A stretch of 64,000 nucleotides of DNA from Ranitomeya imitator. Lineage: Eukaryota. Of this stretch, positions 56,010 through 64,000 are shown in pieces; positions within the stretch are counted from its first letter, which is position 1, and the number at the start of each line of letters is the position of its first letter. The translations under genes and the position numbers were made by a program. The notes under the pieces were generated by a model that searched no databases, was not told the DNA's origin, and was given only the letters and a program-made list of their open reading frames with translations. Where the stretch lies: positions 219,418,001 to 219,482,000 of the forward strand of contig NC_091288.1 of the NCBI RefSeq assembly GCF_032444005.1. Reading direction: 5' to 3'.

Positions 56010-57750
56010 AGTCACTGACACCTGCACAGGCAGGAGAGAGTCACTGACACCTGCACAGACAGGAGAGAGTCACTGACACCTGCACAGACAGGAGAGAGTC
56101 ACTGACACCTGCACAGACAGGAGAGAGTCACTGACACCTGCACAGACAGGAGAGAGTCACTGACACCTGCACAGGCCGGAGAGAGTCACTGACACCTGCA
56201 CAGACAGGAGAGTCACTGACACCTGCCCAGACAGTAGAGAGTCACTGACACCTGCACAGGCAGGAGAGAGTCACTGACACCTGCACAGACAGGAGAGAGT
56301 CACTGACACCTGCACAGACAGGAGAGAGTCACTGACACCTGCACAGGCCGGAGAGAGTCACTGACACCTGCACAGACAGGAGAGAGTCACTGACACCTGC
56401 ACAGACAGGAGAGAGTCACTGACACCTGCACAGGCCGGAGAGAGTCACTGACACCTGCACAGACAGGAGAGTCACTGACACCTGCACAGACAGTAGAGAG
56501 TCACTGACACCTGCACAGGCAGGAGAGAGTCACTGACACCTGCACAGGCAGGAGAGAGTCACTGACACCTGCACAGACAGGAGAGAGTCACTGACACCTG
56601 CATAGGCCGGAGAGAGTCACTGACACCTGCACAGACAGGAGAGAGTCACTGACACCTGCACAGACAGGAGAGAGTCACTGACACCTGCACAGGCAGGAGA
56701 GAGTCACTGACACCTGCACAGACAGTAGAGAGTCACTGACACCTGCACAGACAGGAGAGAGTCACTGACACCTGCACAGACAGGAGAGAGTCACTGACAC
56801 CTGCACAGGCCGGAGAGAGTCACTGACACCTGCACAGACAGGAGAGTCACTGACACCTGCACAGACAGGAGAGAGTCACTGACACCTGCACAGGCAGGAG
56901 AGAGTCACTGACACCTGCACAGACAGGAGAGAGTCACTGACACCTGCACAGACAGGAGAGAGTCACTGACACCTGCACAGGCCGGAGAGAGTCACTGACA
57001 CCTGCACAGACAGGAGAGAGTCACTGACACCTGCACAGACAGGAGAGAGTCACTGACACCTGCACAGGCCGGAGAGAGTCACTGACACCTGCACAGACAG
57101 TAGAGAGTCACTGACACCTGCACAGACAGTAGAGAGTCACTGACACCTGCACAGACAGTAGAGAGTCACTGACACCTGCACAGGCCGGAGAGAGTCACTG
57201 ACACCTGCACAGGCTGGAGAGAGTCACTGACACCTGCACAGGCCGGAGAGAGTCACTGACACCTGCACAGGCAGTAGAGAGTCACTGACACCTGCACAGG
57301 CAGTAGAGAGTTACTGATACCTGCACAGGCAGTAGAGAGTCACTGACACCTGCACAGGCAGGAGAGAGTCATTGATACCTGCACAGGCGGTAGAGAGTCA
57401 CTGATACCTGCACAGGCCGGAGAGAGTCACTGACACCTGCACAGGCGGTAGAGAGTCACTGATACCTGCACAGGCGGTAGAGAGTCACTGACACCTGCAC
57501 AGGCAGGAGAGAGTCACTGATACCTGCACAGGCAGTAGAGAGTCACTGACACCTGCACAGGCAGTAGAGAGTCACTGACACCTGCACAGGCGGTAGAGAG
57601 TCACTGACACCTGCACAGGCGGTAGAGAGTCATTGATACCTGCACAGGCGGTAGAGAGTCACTGATACCTGCACAGGCGGTAGAGAGTCACTGATACCTG
57701 CACAGGCAGAAGAGAGTCACTGACACTTGCACAGGCAGTAGAGTCACTGA
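56010..57750. repeat. Minisatellite, 29-bp unit GAGAGTCACTGACACCTGCACAG(A/G)C(A/C)G(G/T)A
   Basis: Period of 29 (TCACTGACAC at 56041 and 56070); about 60 copies. Confidence 0.97.
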
Positions 57751-58039
57751 CTTCTATGCGGGAAGAAGATCTCTGTGTTTTCCCATCCTCAGTTTTCAGA
57801 ATGATTACAGGACATTTATCATCTGTCTGTGAGATGAGTTTTATCTGTGTCATCCTCCATCTGGTGAATTTTCCGTGCGGTCACCCTGGGACTCGTGATG
57901 TCATCCGTATTGCGGTGTAACATGGGATCTGACATAGATGAGGTTTCAATGCAGTTTTACCCCGGATACTGCAGGAGCCATGCTTATTACCGTAATCACT
58001 GTAAAGGATACCGCGTACGAGTGCACTGCCCAGATGACG

Positions 58040-59090
58040 TCTCGCGGGGTCACAGCGGTGTACTCTGGGGTCACAGAGTGCTGTACCGCCGGGTCACAGT
58101 GGTGTACACACAGGGTTACAGAGCGGTGTACTGCGGGGTCACAGAACAGTGAACTGCGGGATCACAGTGATGGGCCGCGGGGTCACAGGGCGGTATACTG
58201 TGGGGTCACAGTGGTGTACTCTGGGGTCACAGAGTGCTGTACCGTGGGGTCACAGTGGTGTACTCTGGAGTCACAGAGCGGTGCACCGCGGGGTCACAGT
58301 GGTGTACTCTGGAGTCACAGAGCGGTGCACCGCGGGGTCACAGTGGTGTACTCTGGGGTCACAGAGTGCTGTACCGTGGGGTCACAGTGGTGTACTCTGG
58401 AGTCACAGAGCGGTGCACCGCGGGGTCACAGCGGTGTACTGTGGGGTCACAGCGGTTTACTCTGGGGTCACAGAGTGCTGTACCGTGTGGTCACAGTGGT
58501 GTGGTCACAGTGGTGTGCACACGGAGTTATAGAGCGGTGTACCATGAGGTCACAGAGTGGGGTACTGCGGGGTCACAGAACAGTGAACTGCGTGGGCCGC
58601 GAGGTCACAGAGCGGTATACTGTGGGGTCACAGTGGTGTACTCTTGGGTCACAGAGTGCTGTACCGTGGGGATCACAGAATGGTGCACCGCGGGATCACA
58701 GTGGTGTACTCTGGGTTCACAGAGTGCTGTACCGCGGGGTCACGGTGTACCGTGGGGTCATACAACGGTGTACTGCGGGGTCACGGTGTGCCATGGGGTC
58801 ATACAGCGGTGTACTGCAGGGTCTCAGTGGGTTCACAGTGTACTGTGGGGTCATGGTGTACTGTGGGGTCATGGTGTACCGTGGGGTCATAGAGCAGTGT
58901 ACTGTGGGGTCACAGCGGTTTACATACGGGGTCACAGAGCGAGGTACTGCGGGGTCACAGAACAGTACAATGCGGGATCACAGTGATGGGCCGTGGGGTC
59001 ACAGAGTTGTGTACTGTGGGGTCACGGTTGTACCGAGGAGTCACAGAGGGGTGTACTGTGGGATCACGCAGCGGTGTACCGCAGGGTCAC
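58040..59090. repeat. Minisatellite, ~20-23-bp unit GGGGTCACAG(AGC/T)GGTGTACT(G/C)
   Basis: Recurrent GGGGTCACAG and GTGTAC cores; degenerate. Confidence 0.9.
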
Positions 59091-61257
59091 AGAATACAAG
59101 TATGTCGACCATATACACCCACTACACTTGCAGTGCAGCGTAATTCTACTATTTTTGTATTATGATCTTAATCTTGCGGTAAAAAAAATACAAATACCCA
59201 GGTGCAACGATTGCAGCAATGCCTAATTTGTATGTTTTTGTTTTACGTTAAGTGGTGAAAATAAATTTGGAAATTTGAAACACAAAAAAAAAAAAAAATT
59301 TTTGTGCAACTTTGTTCTTGAACCCTTGAACTTTTGATTTTTTCTGACGATGGGGCTTGTTTTTTGGGGGATGAGCTGTAGTTTGCATTGATACCATTTT
59401 GAGGCCCATACACTGCGACTTTTATGGCTTTTATTACATTTTTTGTGCAGTTTCAGCAACAACAAAAAACAGCAATTTTTGCGTTTCGAGTTTTCTTTTT
59501 CTCTGCAGAATTTATCGTAGAGATAAATGAATTTAATAGTTTCGTAGAATATTTAATTTAGGATTAAAATGTATGATTACCGTATATGTTTGTATATTTA
59601 TTTTTTATTTTTTTAAAAATAGGATGAATTCCCTATATTGCAGAATATCATGTTCTGGGTTTCGTTGGAGAACCAAGATGGCGGCGAGGGTGCCTTTATT
59701 AGGCCACCTGCTGCCATGGTAACCATAAGCTGCGCAGGGTTTGTGGTTGATGAGTCTTCTGTAGGCCTCAGGTTTCATGACGAGCATCGGCCAAGGTGCT
59801 GACAAGGCCTCAGACAATTTGCAAAGGCGGGAAAATAAACTGGAAAGTGAATTGAATTGTGACAGCAAAATGTCGCTCAGGAAAATGATTGGTTCGCATC
59901 TAGAGAAAGGTCTTCCTCTGAGTGGGGAGAGCGGCCGCCATTCGTACACCACTCCCCTACGACAGCTGACTGAGCTCTGAGGTGTTTAGCATCATTGTGA
60001 GGTAAAATGTGAAGAACATGGCTGACCTGGCGGCCATTTTGAATTGGTTCTCAGATCCTTTTTGCTTACAGCATTATTATCAGATTTTGTAGGGCCACCA
60101 GTTTGTGTGACTGTACGTGCAGAATTTATGGATTTGCCATCTCTTTTTGACCTGTCCCGGAATTAACGTCTTCACTGCTAAGATTAATGTCGGGCGTTTG
60201 TAAGGAGAGCAGTGGTCGAGGCATGTAGCTGGCAGGACGTTAAATAACAAGGGTCTCTCTGGGAAGCCGCGTCCAGGATGGGGGTCGGCGCGGTAAATCA
60301 CTGTCGTGTGCCTCTTCTACTATGGCGTCTCGGCACAAGTCTGGCCAAGCTCCCGGGACGCCACTACAGCACCAGGGGGACGGGGGCGGTAAATGAAGGT
60401 GTTTCGCTAATTAATTGAACGTCACGCACTAATGGAAGGCTGGTGAAATCTATTCTGCCCGCTTCATTCTTCTTCCCTGTGCCCGGAGTCACAGAGCGTA
60501 AAATTAATGTGACTTTTCTGAACAGCCGCAATGAAATTACATAAGCGGAGGCCGTTACCGGCGCTCATTGTGCGTTACGTGAGGGACACACGCCGCGCGC
60601 ACAGACTCGCCGATCGTAGTAGCAGTCTGTGACAGAAAAATGGCGCTAATATGTCAGACACGGCCATGTTTATCCGCGTATCAAGCCCCTGACTGTTCTG
60701 TCATATACAGAGGCGCTCTGACAACCTGCTCTTGTGACCGTGAATGGAAATAAATGGCCATTTTCCGGTGTCCTGAGGTATTTTGTCCTACGCTGCCCAT
60801 TGGCTTCCATGTTCAAATAATCTTTGTCTCGTATTCTGTTCGCTTTATTTGGCGAATGGCGCGTTATTTTTACTTTTCCATATACAGAATGGACCTTAGA
60901 TCCCTGGATTCATCAATTTCATTGTTCCATCTCTGTTTCCCAGGTTTTTTTTTTTTGCCAAATTCTTAAAATATGGCGCAATATGTTTGATAAATTCATT
61001 ACAAATTAAAAAAGGCTTTTTTTTTTTATTAGTCTTTCAATATTTTTGGACTTTTTAGAGAAAAACGTTTCATGATCCTGAGTTTTAGCATTAGTCTTAA
61101 TCTGAGCCGAAAATTAAAGAAAAACAAAATGGTGTAGGTTTAGCCACATTATGGGAAAGTTGCACGTGAAGAATTAGTCAAAAATGTTTGGATGATGTAA
61201 AATACGGTAATGCCCGCAGAACTCAGAAACAAAGTGAGGATGGGACACATTCAAGTA

Positions 61258-62462
61258 AGGCTATGTGCACACGTCCGGAATTTCCGCGGCAATTCCACAA
61301 CTGTGCCGCCGCTAAAACGCATGCGGAATTGGCATGCGTTTTCCCACTAAACACTAGCGTTTTCCAAGCGTAATTCGCTTGCAGAATGCTAGCGTTTTCC
61401 AAGCGATCTGTAGCGATTGACAGGTTGGTCACACAAGCACAGTGTTTGACAAGTGTGACCAACTTTTTACTATTGATGCTGCCTATGCAGCATCAATAGT
61501 AAAAAAAAATAGAATGTTAAAAATAATAAATCGTGATATTCTCACCTTCCGGCATCCCCTGCAGCCTTCCCGCACCTCGCGATGCTCCCGTTCCCAGTAA
61601 TGCCTCGCAGCAATGACCCTAGATGACGCAGCATCACGCGAGACCGCTACGTCATCACAGCTCATTGCCGCGAGGCATTACTGGGAACGGAAGCATCGCG
61701 AGGCAGCGGGTAGGCTGCCGGCGACGCCGGAAGGTGAGAATATCATGATTTATTATTTTATTTCTTTTTTTTTTTTTTTTTTACATGTATATGGTTCCCA
61801 GGGTCTGGAGGAGAGTCTCCTCTCCTCCACCCTGGGTACCAACCGCACATGATCCGCTTACTTCCCGCATGGTGGGCATAGCCACATGCGGGAACTAAGC
61901 GGATCAATGCATTCCTATGTGTGCGGAATCCCTGCGATTCCGCACAAAGAATGAACATGCTGCGATTTTTTTTTCCGGAATGCGATTCCGCCGCGGAAAA
62001 AAAATGCAAAATGTGCCCAAAAATTGCGGATTGCATTCAAATAATAGGATGTTTAATGTATGCGTTTTTTTTTTTTTTTTTGCGGTTTTATCACGAAAAA
62101 AAACGCAAAAAAAAGTGAAAAATTCTGGGGTCGTTACCGCGAGGCATTACTGGGAACGGAGGCTTCCGAGACCATCGCAAGGATCAGGAAGGCTGCAGGG
62201 GACGCCGGAAGGTGAGAATATCACGATTTATTATTTTTAACATTCTATCTTTTTACTATTGATGCTGCGTATGTTTGACAAGTGTGACCAACCTGTCAAT
62301 CTGTTTTCCAAGCAATGCTACAGATCGATTGGAAAACGCTGGCATTCTGCAAGCTAATTACGCTTGTAAAACGCTAGTGTTTAGCGGGAATACGCATGCC
62401 AATTCCGCATGCGTTTTACCCGCAGCACAATTGCGGCAATTCTGGACGTGTGCACATAGCCT
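61258..62462. mobile_element. 1.2-kb MITE with long inverted arms, same family as 37133-37802
   Basis: TA|AGGCTATGTGCACACGTCCGGAATT ... AATTCTGGACGTGTGCACATAGCCT|TA. The arms stay complementary for about 300 bp. The internal CCCAGGG..GAGTCTCCTCT..CGCACATGA..GGGCATAGCCACAT segment is shared with about 37470-37570. Confidence 0.85.
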
Positions 62463-64000
62463 TAATGTTTTTCTGATTAATCCTGAATTTTTAGCGTCCA
62501 TAATGATTCATTTTCATGAGCGAGTCAGTGGTCCGATGTGGGGGGCCTGAGTCCGGGTCACTGGTGGTCCTCGTATCTCCACCCGGACGGAGCAGCTGTC
62601 TTATTAAGGATCCTAGCGATCAGTACAGAAAAAGGGCCACTGATGGCATCTGATGAAGCACGGCCGTGTTGTGGTGCCCTGTCCCTGTGTATTGATTACT
62701 GATCAGCTGCGGTGGTCCTCTGGGACCTCTCACCCCGGCCCCTCTGTCCTCCCAGATATCAGAGCAGCCAAAATATTGATTGACAGATCATTAGGGCAGC
62801 ATTGAAGAAACGTGCCTGACCCCATGATTTTTGGGATTGATGGAGATTGTGCAGGACAGAGTGTGAATGAAGGAGGAGCGGTGACCACGGGGCCGTGTGC
62901 TGGAGAGCGTTCCTCCCGGTATCACCGCTCCCCTCGTGTCTCATACTGATGGGTTTCTGCCCTGCGCCATTTTTCTTCTGCTCCATGCTGATTTTCCTCC
63001 ATTGCTCTGGTTCTTCCTCCCATTGTTTTTTCCCTTCTTCCTCTGCCATACATCATCTGGTGTGTGATTGTCTCTCCTGCCGCTTGCATTTTCCGCCGTT
63101 GTGTCTCAGCCTGGTGCATTGCACACGTTAGAGAACGCTAACACTCCGACAGAATGCAGATATAAGAGCGCGGCAGCGGCCAGAGACAAAGGCGCAGAGA
63201 CGTGCTCGTCCTCCTCTCCGGCCTCCATTTGTTCCCGGGGGTCTTTACTCCCTGTTGTCATTCTAATCGGTCTTCGGGTGGATCTCGTATCGTGTACAGA
63301 CATCGAAGGGTTAATATAATGTACAGATCTAATGACCAGATCTTATCAGCCCAGAGTTATTATATTGAATGCACAGAGCTTGGCATAAATGAGTACACCC
63401 TCTTCGAATATCTCACTGAACCAACTTTACCTGTTCTTCTTCAGAAATGCAGCAGATCTGTGGTTTGGATCATGTTGGAAAAGTTCTCGTCTTCCGAGGG
63501 CTCGGACTGATGGCGACATTTTCTCTGTCACTATAGAGCAGCGGATCTGTGAATTCAAGGTCCCATCAATGACATGTAACCCCCCGACACCAGCAGTTCA
63601 TGTGCCCCCCCATAAGGACATGGCCACCACCACTCTAGGCACTGTGCATTCTTCATTGTCCTCCTCACCATACAGTAACACCGTATAGTTCTGAATCCAT
63701 CAGTTACATCAGTTCTCTTGGCCTCATCCTTCCTCAGTACAAAGTCCCAGAAGGGTCCATATTTTTCAGCCTGGATCCTGGCACATTGTAGGCCTTCACT
63801 TTTCTTGTGTAAAGGAATTATCATCTTTCTCAGGTGACATTGTGACATTTCTCTTCCATGTGGTGCCGTTGCTGATAGCATGAAATGGGAAGAGTTTTCC
63901 TTGTTAAGTAACGTGCCTGGTGAATATCTGTTTAAAGGGGGTTATCCATTTAACTACTAGTTATATTTTCAGGGATCACTGACTGGATATTATCAGGACT

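Noticed and set aside
2089-59143. Very long low-complexity ORFs (e.g. 607/644 aa Gly-Arg, 832 aa Ser-Pro, 1087 aa Cys-Leu, 875 aa and 1560 aa His-Thr) as novel proteins
   Set aside because: Each coincides with a minisatellite, is open in several frames or on both strands, often starts at a non-ATG codon in the track, and mostly lies in introns of real genes. They are compositional artefacts.
47554-64000. STX1B exon 2 (AKDSDDEEE...FMDEFFEQ)
   Set aside because: I found no such coding segment by eye or in the ORF track; intron 1 apparently exceeds 16.4 kb.
1-64000. tRNA, rRNA, snRNA or snoRNA genes
   Set aside because: No cloverleaf, Pol III A/B-box pair or rRNA-like sequence recognised; a small RNA could be missed without Infernal or tRNAscan-SE.

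Overview
Eukaryotic (vertebrate) genomic DNA, most likely an anuran amphibian; the species is inferred from the Tc1/MITE/Helitron content and protein divergence, not established. The window holds a conserved gene cluster: a probable divergent first exon on the minus strand (ZNF646 position by synteny), ZNF668 (+, a single coding exon encoding 16 C2H2 fingers), a complete 10-exon STX4 (-, 294 aa, all splice sites GT-AG and in frame) and exon 1 of STX1B (+, MKDRTQELRS; exon 2 not found in the window). About half of the 64 kb (roughly 35 kb by my summed coordinates) is about 20 apparently unrelated, mostly GC-rich minisatellites. These explain nearly all long ORFs in the track, which I reject as genes. 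The rest includes decayed Tc1/mariner copies, several MITEs, a probable non-autonomous Helitron and a 131-N assembly gap. The most notable patterns are three. The STX4 intron-1 minisatellite is a tandem array of about 65 perfect ACTACAnnTCCCAG (THAP11/ZNF143-type) promoter motifs. All four first exons are followed within about 75-200 bp by a kilobase-scale minisatellite. Every STX4 intron over 1 kb is filled by its own array, while the others are 73-112 nt. I found no CRISPR array, RNA gene or prokaryotic system, and I claim no new protein-coding system.
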